Of a DNA stretch of 64,000 nt, positions 1 through 8,717 are shown piece after piece. The position numbers were made by a program, and so were the translations under genes. Below the pieces are notes generated by a model, which saw only the letters and a program-made list of their open reading frames with translations, ran no database searches and had not been told where the DNA came from. The DNA is taken from positions 49,503 to 113,502 of IMG/VR virus record IMGVR_UViG_3300050343_000122; one strand, written 5' to 3'. The stretch's first letter is position 1. Each line of letters begins with the position of its first letter. The stretch comes from a virus.

Positions 1-49
1 AAGGACCTGTGTCTGCACCTGCAAAACTTAATGTTATTATTATTGTCAT
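1..49 (-). CDS. 5' end of a gene running off the window (MTIIITLSFAGADTGP...)
   Basis: ATG at 49-47 after an A-rich leader, just downstream of the previous gene's stop; open to the window edge. Confidence 0.6.
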   Translation of the reverse strand, partial: MTIIITLSFAGADTGP

Positions 50-73
50 CTTTATCTACAATTTTTGATTTTA

Positions 74-1813
74 CTAAACTCCATATCCAAAGCTTATTAA
101 TGTATTTCTTATTTCATCATACCAGTACTGCTCTGGGTTAGCAGGATTATTATCTAGATCCGCTGACCATGCAAATCTTGCAGGACTTGCACTTGGGTAG
201 TTTACTAGATTATCTGTAGAACTGTTGTAAGCACTAGCAGGAGCATTACCAATACTTGCAACTACAGCTACACCATTATTTCCTGCATTAAGAAGTCCTT
301 CAGGTGAAACTAGAGGTTTTATTGTTGAGAATGTGTACTGACTTGTAGCTGCTGGATGGAAAAACTTAGCTCTATATACATTAGTGTTACCTTTTGCATT
401 TTCTACATTCGTAACAAAAGTTCTTACACTTGCTATATCATCTACTATTCTTGAATTTGTTTGACTCGCTCGAGTTGACCAGGAGGTCCTGAACTTGGGT
501 AATTACCATCCATATTATATCCTATACCTGACTCATCACCAAATGCCATAATTACTAAACTATCTGCATCAGGAAAATATCCTGTTGGGTCTATAGTGTC
601 CCCAAGACCTTTGTTTGAGAGCATTTGAATTTGTCTCTCTTGACCACTATGACACCAGTATACACGAGTTTCAAACTCATCACTACCATTGGTAGCTCTG
701 TCTGTATTTCCACTTGCTTCAGTTCCACCTGTTGCATAAAAATCTTGAAGTAAGTTTCTTAAATTAGATGTGTTTTGGTAATCAGCAGTTTTCTGAGCAT
801 CTGTTAGATTAAACGTGACAACACCATTAGCTCCCTGGATTAATATCTGCTGTTAATGCAACAGGGTCTCCATTACTGTCTACAAGATTAAATGTTAGAG
901 CATTTGATCCTACAGTAATAAAAGTTCCTGCAGGTATTGAAGGATGTATAGCTTCCATGCCAGGTACCACACATAAATACGCCCCACCTGTAGTGTTTCC
1001 ACTAGGTTGTTGCACGGTAACTTTATTAGCCTGATTACCATATGACAGTTGGATTTGTGTTGATCCTGCTGGTGCAGTTCCACCAACTAGAACTTTTACA
1101 CCTGTAACACTAGCTATTTTTGCTGTCACTGCAATTGTGCTATTCATAGAACCTGAAACATCACTCCAGAAAGTAAAGTATGAGTTTCCTGTGACTGGTA
1201 TTAGACTACTAGTAGTTGTAGTGGTAACAGGATCAGTAGTGGTAGTTGTTGTTGTGCTTGATGTACTTGTACTAGTTGTACTTGTACTAGTTGTACTTGT
1301 ACTTGTGCTAGTTGTACTTGTACTAGTACTAGTAGAACTAGTTGTGGTAGTAGTTGGTGTTGTAAAACATCCTTCCACTCTACAGTCTGGATAGATTGTA
1401 CTAGTTGTAGTAGTAGTTGATGATGTACTAGTTGTAGTAGTACTAGAGGTACTAGTTGTTGTTGTTGTTGGATTAGGACAAGGTTTGATTGCACATGTAG
1501 TTATTTCACATACAGTTGGTTCGTTACAGAATGGTACACAACCAGCTGTAAGACGTATTACCTTACTTGCAATGTCTTCTGTAGATACACTGTTGCAACC
1601 TTTTGCATAATGACTGTCACAAAATCTATGTTGTAATATACGTTTATAGACTAACAGTTCTGAAATCTCACTAACAGCTATGGGTCTGTTTAACATAAAT
1701 ACAACATTGTTGTATAAGTTATTCCCTAGCTCTGCAAGTTTACAGTCTATTTTTCGTAATAGATCAGGAATGTTTGCACACTCCTTACAATTCGTTAGTC
1801 TTGGTGAGATCAT
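74..1813 (-). pseudogene. Putative virion protein: Cys-rich N-terminus, long Thr/Ser tract, VWA-like domain; interrupted by two compensating indels (probably sequence error)
   Basis: Track ORF 827-1813 has a DVSGS (DxSxS MIDAS) motif. Removing one C from CCC at 833-835 continues the protein (ANGVVTFNLTDAQK...LVIMAFGDE). A second shift near 485 returns to the original frame, which ends ...LISFGYGV* at 74-76. Confidence 0.65.
1205..1470 (-). repeat. Low-complexity Thr/Ser tract (ACN/AGT codons)
   Basis: Two poly-T/S runs, each introduced by a Cys/Pro segment (CPNPTTTTTS..., CFTTPTTTTTS...). Confidence 0.95.
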
Positions 1814-1818
1814 ATGTC

Positions 1819-1929
1819 TTACTTTTTACCTTGCTGTTTTTCTAACTTAGCTTTACAGGTAGCACATAGACCATTTGAAAGTCTACAGCCACACCCCACT
1901 TTTGCTCCACATCCTGCACACTGTGCCAT
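1819..1929 (-). CDS. 36-aa Cys-rich metal-binding peptide
   Basis: Hand translation MAQCAGCGAKVGCGCRLSNGLCATCKAKLEKQQGKK; fills the gap between two co-directional genes. Confidence 0.8.
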   Translation of the reverse strand: MAQCAGCGAKVGCGCRLSNGLCATCKAKLEKQQGKK

Positions 1930-1931
1930 AA

Positions 1932-2498
1932 TTAAATAAAGTTTATTTGGTAGTTGTTTCCAGTACAACCACAATTTGATTTTATAAATGTATCAAGCAT
2001 ATTACTAGCTTGATTGTATAGTTTTAAAGCTTCTTTCTCAGCACAGTTATTAGCAGCAGCTAATGACCCTTGAATAAAGAAGTTAATTGTATTTAAAGTA
2101 ACGTTAGACTGTGTTCTCAGAGCACTGTCACACTCCATCATATTTAACTTTAAAAACGCATCGTCAAACTTTTGTTGAAGTTTATCAATACGCATTATAG
2201 TCTTTTCTACATAATTCTTGTAGGCAGGTGCCACAGAGTATTTCAGATAGTATATACCATCTGGAATAGGTTGTTTGCATCCAGCTTCAGTAATTCCTAA
2301 AGTATCTGACGCAAAAATATTTGTTTCTAAGGGTTTGAAAGGTAAGACTTTTGTTCCAAATCCAGGTATCTCTATTTCAATCGTAGGTGATGAGACCAAC
2401 GGTGGATCATCTGGATACACTGATGCATCAGTAACTGCTAGTAAATTAACACTATAACTAGGAGGAACAATAATATCTAACTGTAAAATAGCTGACAT
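1932..2498 (-). CDS. Hypothetical structural-module protein
   Basis: 188-aa ORF in the late operon. Confidence 0.6.
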   Translation of the reverse strand: MSAILQLDIIVPPSYSVNLLAVTDASVYPDDPPLVSSPTIEIEIPGFGTKVLPFKPLETNIFASDTLGITEAGCKQPIPDGIYYLKYSVAPAYKNYVEKTIMRIDKLQQKFDDAFLKLNMMECDSALRTQSNVTLNTINFFIQGSLAAANNCAEKEALKLYNQASNMLDTFIKSNCGCTGNNYQINFI

Positions 2499-2509
2499 AA
2501 GAATTATTT

Positions 2510-2558
2510 AAAAAAAAATACCAGAGGATTGAGTATTTAATCCTCTCACCTCTGGTAT
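2510..2558 (-). terminator. Intrinsic terminator after the auxiliary capsid candidate
   Basis: ATACCAGAGG (2518-2527) / CCTCTGGTAT (2549-2558) inverted repeat followed on the minus strand by a long T run. Confidence 0.75.
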
Positions 2559-2592
2559 TATAGGTTAGTATTGTTTTATGTAACTCTGTCTA

Positions 2593-3732
2593 TTAGGCAG
2601 CAGTAGTTGTAGTTGTAGTTGTAATACAAACATTATTATCAACAACATCTCCAAGAGCAGCCTCTAGGACAGCAGATACAGCTGTAGATAGTCCAGCAGA
2701 AGAATCTTCATTAGGTACAGCAACTATTACAATATTGTCCATGTGGATATAATCACCCCATTGGTAAGCAGCTTTGTCATATTCATTGAATCTGATTGTG
2801 TAGCTATCGTACACAGCTCCATCAGTTACATAAGACTCAAAGTTCTCATTGTAACCACCCATTCTATAAAGAGATTTTAAATACCCAGCTTGGTAGCTAT
2901 AGTAGTTAATTTCTGCTTGCTTCCATTCAGTAGATAATCCTGAAGGGTAAGTAGAATTTTGGATGATAGAAGAAGTTGCAACAATGTTACATGCATCAGC
3001 TACGATAAAGTCAGCAGTAGTAGCTGGTCCTTCGTATACAAATGCATTAAAATACATTCTGTCATATTCAAATGGGAATGCAGCGATATCACATGGTTGA
3101 CCATATTGTGTTAATGGTTTTCCGTGGATTCTAAGTTTAGTTCCACCTACATTTTCAAAAGTATAGAAACTGCTGAAAGAAATATTGTCTGGATTGTTAC
3201 CAGGAGCTTTCTTGTTAAAAGCAGCAATAAGTGAATTGATTAATGCATTAGTGTCAACATCAGTACATACATCACCACCACACTCACAACATGGAGCTTG
3301 GACAGTTACTGAACGTGTAAATCCGTTGAAGTATAACGTATTAATATAATTTGAAAAAGCTCTAAGCGTTACAGTTAGTATTTCACCACATTGTACTTTG
3401 AAGTCTGTGATGTCAGTAATCTGATTAGCTGCAGTTGCACAACCAGAAACTTTATACCATTCTGTTACGTTAGAGTTACAAGATGCACCAGCTGTTGGGC
3501 ATCCTTTAATTTTGTCAGATCTTTTAGATCCTTGCAAATAAGTATTTGCTCTACCTTGTGCGACATAGAAATATGGTGAATCAGCAATATCTGTAGCATC
3601 AACTGCTGCATATGTATTGCTAAAAAAACCAACTTCACCAGCGGTCAAGTCTTGGGTAGATTTCGAACCAGAGCTAGGTATTGTAGAACCTACTGGCACC
3701 ACGAATAACGTGGTTAATGCGAATGTACTCAT
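2593..3732 (-). CDS. Putative auxiliary capsid (decoration) protein with C-terminal poly-Thr tail
   Basis: Size and position three genes after MCP match the crAss-like conserved block; ends CITTTTTTAA. Confidence 0.55.
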   Translation of the reverse strand: MSTFALTTLFVVPVGSTIPSSGSKSTQDLTAGEVGFFSNTYAAVDATDIADSPYFYVAQGRANTYLQGSKRSDKIKGCPTAGASCNSNVTEWYKVSGCATAANQITDITDFKVQCGEILTVTLRAFSNYINTLYFNGFTRSVTVQAPCCECGGDVCTDVDTNALINSLIAAFNKKAPGNNPDNISFSSFYTFENVGGTKLRIHGKPLTQYGQPCDIAAFPFEYDRMYFNAFVYEGPATTADFIVADACNIVATSSIIQNSTYPSGLSTEWKQAEINYYSYQAGYLKSLYRMGGYNENFESYVTDGAVYDSYTIRFNEYDKAAYQWGDYIHMDNIVIVAVPNEDSSAGLSTAVSAVLEAALGDVVDNNVCITTTTTTTAA

Positions 3733-3760
3733 AATTTAATTTATATTTAAGGGTTAATAA

Positions 3761-4492
3761 TTATTCATTTGTTTGAATTCTAAATTGTGCACTTTGTACA
3801 GCAGCAGCATTCTCTGTGTACATAGCTAGATTCTGAACTGTTAAATCTACAACTTCATCCTCTAGATATTCTTCTAGTTCACAATTTACGTCTGTAGATG
3901 GTGTACCATCTAACATAATATATCCTGATTTATTTATATATACAGGATATCTCATATACATTATATATATCATTGTGGGGGTAAATGTACCGTCCGTATA
4001 GACACTTAGACTATTAGAAGACAATGAGTTCATTGTTTCCTGATACTCGAAGCTTGGTTTATAATGATCATTGTTAAGTAATAAGGAGATGTCTCCATGT
4101 TTACTTAGATCTTTATTAATCCAAATCTTACGATCTTTGCATCTTCCTTTATCAGCTAGCAAATAACTATCTACATAGAACATGTATTTAGGTTTGAGTT
4201 GTGTAAGGTCAGCATCCCACTGATGTAATTGTGTATTAGTTTCTACTAATTGTAATGGTTGGTTTGTAAAATCTACAACTAAGTTTTGTAAATCCTCATA
4301 CCTTTTTTTAAACGCATCAAAACCTAACCTGTTAGGAATTGGAAAACCATCAACTTTTTGTTTTATCAACTTAATCTGAGCCTCATTCAAACTCAAGATT
4401 TTGTCTTCTAGTGCAATTTGTTGATGCTCGTTAGTTGATAGTTTATTTAGTTTTTGATCAATCTTGTATAATAAACTATCGACTGGTATCAT
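3761..4492 (-). CDS. Putative tail ring / head-tail connector protein
   Basis: 243 aa, helical N-terminus (LNEAQ), YMRYP motif, position in the crAss-like block. Confidence 0.55.
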   Translation of the reverse strand: MIPVDSLLYKIDQKLNKLSTNEHQQIALEDKILSLNEAQIKLIKQKVDGFPIPNRLGFDAFKKRYEDLQNLVVDFTNQPLQLVETNTQLHQWDADLTQLKPKYMFYVDSYLLADKGRCKDRKIWINKDLSKHGDISLLLNNDHYKPSFEYQETMNSLSSNSLSVYTDGTFTPTMIYIMYMRYPVYINKSGYIMLDGTPSTDVNCELEEYLEDEVVDLTVQNLAMYTENAAAVQSAQFRIQTNE

Positions 4493-4522
4493 ATTTAACT
4501 AGTTTTATAAAAAACTAGCTAC

Positions 4523-5491
4523 TTATACTGCAGCTAGTTTCTTAGATTTTAATTTCTTTTCGAGTACTAGTAAGTCATCTTGGTGATCTTCATCAATTAG
4601 ATACTTAACTAATTCATCTTCATCCATTGCTACTTCATAATCTCCTTCGTATATCTTACCGCTCGGTTTGATTCTATAGATAGAATGTTGAATAGCTTGT
4701 TTAACTAAATCTTTAATATGTAGTAAATTATCTTTCATGTCTGCAAATCTGCCAAACACTTCTACAGGATTTAATCCTTTGAAAGAACCACTTTTAACTT
4801 CAGATTGTTTTAACATGTTATCAACTAAATTATAAACAACTTCCTCTTTGGAATCTGATGTAACTGGTAATCCGAGTAGTCTTGCAACTTTTCTCTTCTT
4901 CTCCATACTCATGCCATCGAACTTAATGATAGCTTTATTAATTTGTTGTTTCTTTTTATAAACTATTTGACTTTCAACCTCATCATTTACAACATAAAAC
5001 TGTGTATCTGCTGGAAACTCACCTCTTTCCCACGCTTGGTAAGAAGATGCAATGGTTGGATGTACCCTTAACCATGCAAAAGAAAGTTCTTGAATAGGTA
5101 CAGTTAAATCGTAAAGATTATCTCCATCTAAAAGTTTAATTGCTTTTACATGTAAGAGATCTTGTGATCCAGTTGATAGTCCGTAGTTCCAAAACTTTGA
5201 TCTTGGTCCTAAATCTATATCTCCTAGAGCAGCTTGAAGTTTATCTTTAAGCTCAGTAACTCTTTCTATCTCTAGTTCTTTTTCAAGAGGATCTTGAATC
5301 CTTTTAATATACCCAGCTTCAGGATCTAAACCTGTTCGGTACTTACCATCTAATTCCTTGTAAGGGTACTTAAATACCCCTGTTCCAGGAATCCTTGTCA
5401 TACCTTGTTTAGATAGACCACTTTGAAGGGTCTGTAGTTGACTGCTATTATACTCTTTCTTAATCGTAGAGATTTTTCCTAATTTACCCAT
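4523..5491 (-). CDS. Conserved crAss-like protein downstream of MCP
   Basis: 322-aa ORF directly after MCP; call rests on synteny. Confidence 0.55.
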   Translation of the reverse strand: MGKLGKISTIKKEYNSSQLQTLQSGLSKQGMTRIPGTGVFKYPYKELDGKYRTGLDPEAGYIKRIQDPLEKELEIERVTELKDKLQAALGDIDLGPRSKFWNYGLSTGSQDLLHVKAIKLLDGDNLYDLTVPIQELSFAWLRVHPTIASSYQAWERGEFPADTQFYVVNDEVESQIVYKKKQQINKAIIKFDGMSMEKKRKVARLLGLPVTSDSKEEVVYNLVDNMLKQSEVKSGSFKGLNPVEVFGRFADMKDNLLHIKDLVKQAIQHSIYRIKPSGKIYEGDYEVAMDEDELVKYLIDEDHQDDLLVLEKKLKSKKLAAV

Positions 5492-5682
5492 AATGTAGTT
5501 TAATTAATTATTCTTTTTGGTTTTATTTTACTTAGTAGAGTGATCCAATTGAATGGGTAGAAACTTAATTCGTCACTCTGATTGAGAAGCCTGTCCCCTC
5601 TGAGGAGGGACAGTGTGGGTGAGGGGACTACTTCTCTGTGAAGGGTGAGTATTACGCTAGCAATAATTCACCTATTCTGTTT

Positions 5683-7248
5683 TTAGAACTGTGGAATTTC
5701 TTCAATAAGTACAGTTCTTGATAAATCCTCGATAAATACATCGCATCTATCTTTCATCCAGATTTCGTATCCTGGGAATTTATTAGCAGACTGCATTCCT
5801 TGAGACTTAGCAAAGCCTAGGTGGGAACGAGTTCCGTCAATATAACCCCAAGTCATAGAAGGAGCACCCTTCATACGAACTTCTCGGATGTTGTTTACCA
5901 TTGCACCATCAGATAGTGGAGAAACATCAAACACCATAAATACTGGAGTAGATTTCATGTTTTGTCCAAACTCTAAATTAGTTTGTGGTAAATCAAGTTC
6001 TTTCAAGTGAATTAATTCAACTCGACCTGTCTCTCTTGTAACCATTGCATCGAATGCAAAGTTATAAGTGATATTTTGTCCTTCTCCTTGCATGTATCTG
6101 TTTCCAGAATCTGCAACGAAAGTAAGACCTGAATTAAGTGCATCGTCTTTAAGAGCTTGTTGGAATACATCGAATCCAGCCTCATTAGTATACATCTTAA
6201 CTCGTCTATCTTTAACATCCACTCGTCTATAGAACAAGTCTCCAAATACTGAACGAATCAGGTTTGCAGAGAACTCACCTCTATTGTATTGTACTAAGTT
6301 TCCGTTATTTCTCATTCTGTGGTATACACCAGCAGAAGTTCTTTTTAAGTTTTGTTGTGAACCATTAGTTTTAACAGTACCTGGAGAAGCCCAGATCATT
6401 CTTTTAACTTTTAGTTCTAGCATAGACTTACGCATCCAGAACTCAATAAATGGCTCCCACTTAACATCTTCTCTTCTTAAAGGAAGTTGATTACGTCTTT
6501 GTGGAGCATATACTAAGATATCCAGTGGCTTACCAGCAGAATCACGCAACATTTTGTCATCAGCCCATTCTGTAATTTTGTGCTCATATCCATATGCAGA
6601 ACCTAGTGATTCAAACATAGTGATTTCTTCACCTAATTTAGGAAGGCCTAATAGATCTTGATCAAATTCACCGATAGCAGCATCTACTAATTCTAATTCA
6701 ACACCTTGTGTTAAGAATGTAGGATTAACAAAGTCTACAATTGGATTATCACTTACTAGTGTGAATTTGTAAATCCATCCCATGTTCCATGGTTGTGGAT
6801 CTTTAATTACGTAGAAACGTGGTCCATATTGACGTGTTCCTACAGAGATGATAGCATTCTTGGAGAATTCGTTAGAACTTAAGATAAGCTCAAACTCTTG
6901 TCCATCAACACCAACTTTACCTCCAGCATCAATCACATCTTGTGTAGATTTTGGAATGTCAATAATTTTAGGGAATTTGTAAGGAACTGCGATATTCCAT
7001 TTCCATGCATCGCTGTTATTATCAATAAAGTAAGGTGTACTCTTATTGATCATGTCTAGAAAATCATTGCTATACAATGAAGATTGAGTATACAGACTGA
7101 TAATCTTTTTATCATAGTCTGCAGGCTCAGTAGAGTGAAAAGACTCTAGGTGGTTTGCATCTGTAAGTTTACCTACAGCACGTGCGTCCATAGACGCTAC
7201 ACGAGCATAAGTAAAACCAGTTAAACCTGGGATTGTTTGAATTGCCAT
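5683..7248 (-). CDS. Major capsid protein
   Basis: 521 aa; portal-scaffold-MCP order; crAss-like size; followed by a structured intergenic region. Confidence 0.8.
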   Translation of the reverse strand: MAIQTIPGLTGFTYARVASMDARAVGKLTDANHLESFHSTEPADYDKKIISLYTQSSLYSNDFLDMINKSTPYFIDNNSDAWKWNIAVPYKFPKIIDIPKSTQDVIDAGGKVGVDGQEFELILSSNEFSKNAIISVGTRQYGPRFYVIKDPQPWNMGWIYKFTLVSDNPIVDFVNPTFLTQGVELELVDAAIGEFDQDLLGLPKLGEEITMFESLGSAYGYEHKITEWADDKMLRDSAGKPLDILVYAPQRRNQLPLRREDVKWEPFIEFWMRKSMLELKVKRMIWASPGTVKTNGSQQNLKRTSAGVYHRMRNNGNLVQYNRGEFSANLIRSVFGDLFYRRVDVKDRRVKMYTNEAGFDVFQQALKDDALNSGLTFVADSGNRYMQGEGQNITYNFAFDAMVTRETGRVELIHLKELDLPQTNLEFGQNMKSTPVFMVFDVSPLSDGAMVNNIREVRMKGAPSMTWGYIDGTRSHLGFAKSQGMQSANKFPGYEIWMKDRCDVFIEDLSRTVLIEEIPQF

Positions 7249-7278
7249 TTTTATTTGTTTTTTATTATTAATTAAAAT

Positions 7279-8562
7279 TTACAAGAACCATGAATTAGGT
7301 TTCTTATTGTTACTACTTTGTTTTTTAGAAGCAACAGTTTTAGCTTTCGTAACTTGTCTTGCAACTTCTCCAAATAACTGGTTAGACTTTTTAGTCACAC
7401 CTGCTCTTTGTATCGTAGATAACGTTGGATCTTTTTCTAACACCTTTAGTAGTAATCCCACTTTTACTTTTAATTCATGATTCTCTGGTCTTTTCAAATC
7501 TAAGATAGAACGATCAAAATCTGTTAGGGTATCTCCACTTGGTGTTTTCCATTTATCCACTAGTAAGAAGTCTTGTAGTTCGTTTGCTAAATTAGAGTTG
7601 ATAGGTATACCATCGAACTCTTTTTCTTTTACTTTATCTGAAAGTATAGTCTGAACATTAGTAACATACTCTTGCTTAATAGCATTTTTTGTTTGTAACT
7701 CTTGTTGAGACTGTGCCTCTAGTTGTTGAAGCTTTTTAGCTTCCTTTTTTACTAGCACCTTATGGTGTCTAGTTGATACGGATTCTAGATCACCGTAATT
7801 TTGTAATCTTTCAATTTCTTTATCTATGTCTTCTGTTTCGAACCCTTGATCAGAAAGTGCTTGTTTCATCACTTGTTTTTGATTGTTTTCTTTGCTCAAG
7901 TCCATTTCAGAAAAGTTAACAATATTATTGTAAGTTCCGAAATATTCTTTTGGGTTTACACCTTTTACAAAGATTGATTCAAACGCTTGTTGATAATCTT
8001 CACCAAATTGACCTATGAATTGTTGAACTAAATCTTGTGCTCCCTTTTTCTTTTCAGATTCAAAACGAGCTAAGAAGTCTTCTGGTGATTCTATGTTTAC
8101 CTCTTCATCTTCTTCCTTGTTAAATACTCCTAGTTCAAATAGGTCATTTGCTAAAGCTTCAAAATTAGGGGCAGTTGCATCAGATTCCTCATCTTCCACC
8201 TTATCTAGAACATCAGGTTCTGGTTCTGGTTCAACCACTGGAGTTTCCTCTGTAGTTATTTCTTCCTCTTCTGTATCCGGACTATCACTTAAGAAGTCAG
8301 CAATTAGAGATTCTCCAGTTTGCTTTTCTTCTTCAGTCTTTCCGTCTACACTTTTAGGAGGAACAATATCTTTACCTTTGGGAGCTGTCTTTTCAGGGAC
8401 AGTATCTTCTACCTCTTTGACTATTGGCTCTACTGCTTCTGGATCTGCTTGAGCAGTCTCAGGAGCTAATAAATCGTTTAGTAACTGGGTATCACCAGCT
8501 CCACCAACAGACATGGTATCTTGTATGCCAAAGTTACCTTGTGCTTGCATATTATCAGACAT
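7279..8562 (-). CDS. Putative capsid scaffolding protein
   Basis: Very acidic disordered N-half, coiled-coil C-half, between portal and MCP. Confidence 0.6.
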   Translation of the reverse strand: MSDNMQAQGNFGIQDTMSVGGAGDTQLLNDLLAPETAQADPEAVEPIVKEVEDTVPEKTAPKGKDIVPPKSVDGKTEEEKQTGESLIADFLSDSPDTEEEEITTEETPVVEPEPEPDVLDKVEDEESDATAPNFEALANDLFELGVFNKEEDEEVNIESPEDFLARFESEKKKGAQDLVQQFIGQFGEDYQQAFESIFVKGVNPKEYFGTYNNIVNFSEMDLSKENNQKQVMKQALSDQGFETEDIDKEIERLQNYGDLESVSTRHHKVLVKKEAKKLQQLEAQSQQELQTKNAIKQEYVTNVQTILSDKVKEKEFDGIPINSNLANELQDFLLVDKWKTPSGDTLTDFDRSILDLKRPENHELKVKVGLLLKVLEKDPTLSTIQRAGVTKKSNQLFGEVARQVTKAKTVASKKQSSNNKKPNSWFL

Positions 8563-8609
8563 ATGTAGTTATTTTTATTATAAATTGGTTTTACTTCCGT
8601 ATTTTACTG

Positions 8610-8640
8610 TAAATTTAATTCAGTCAGTTCGAATTACAAA
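8610..8640 (-). promoter_or_regulatory. Bacteroidota-type promoter variant for scaffold/MCP
   Basis: Minus strand TTTG-N19-TAAATTTA. Confidence 0.5.
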
Positions 8641-8717
8641 ACTTTATTTATCTATTTTTGTAAATTCTTGAAATAATATAGCATTAATATTTTCTCTTCT
8701 ATAATGAAGATAATTAT

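Noticed and set aside
1137-1494. Poly-Val and QLV-rich ORFs
   Set aside because: Shadows of the Thr/Ser tract
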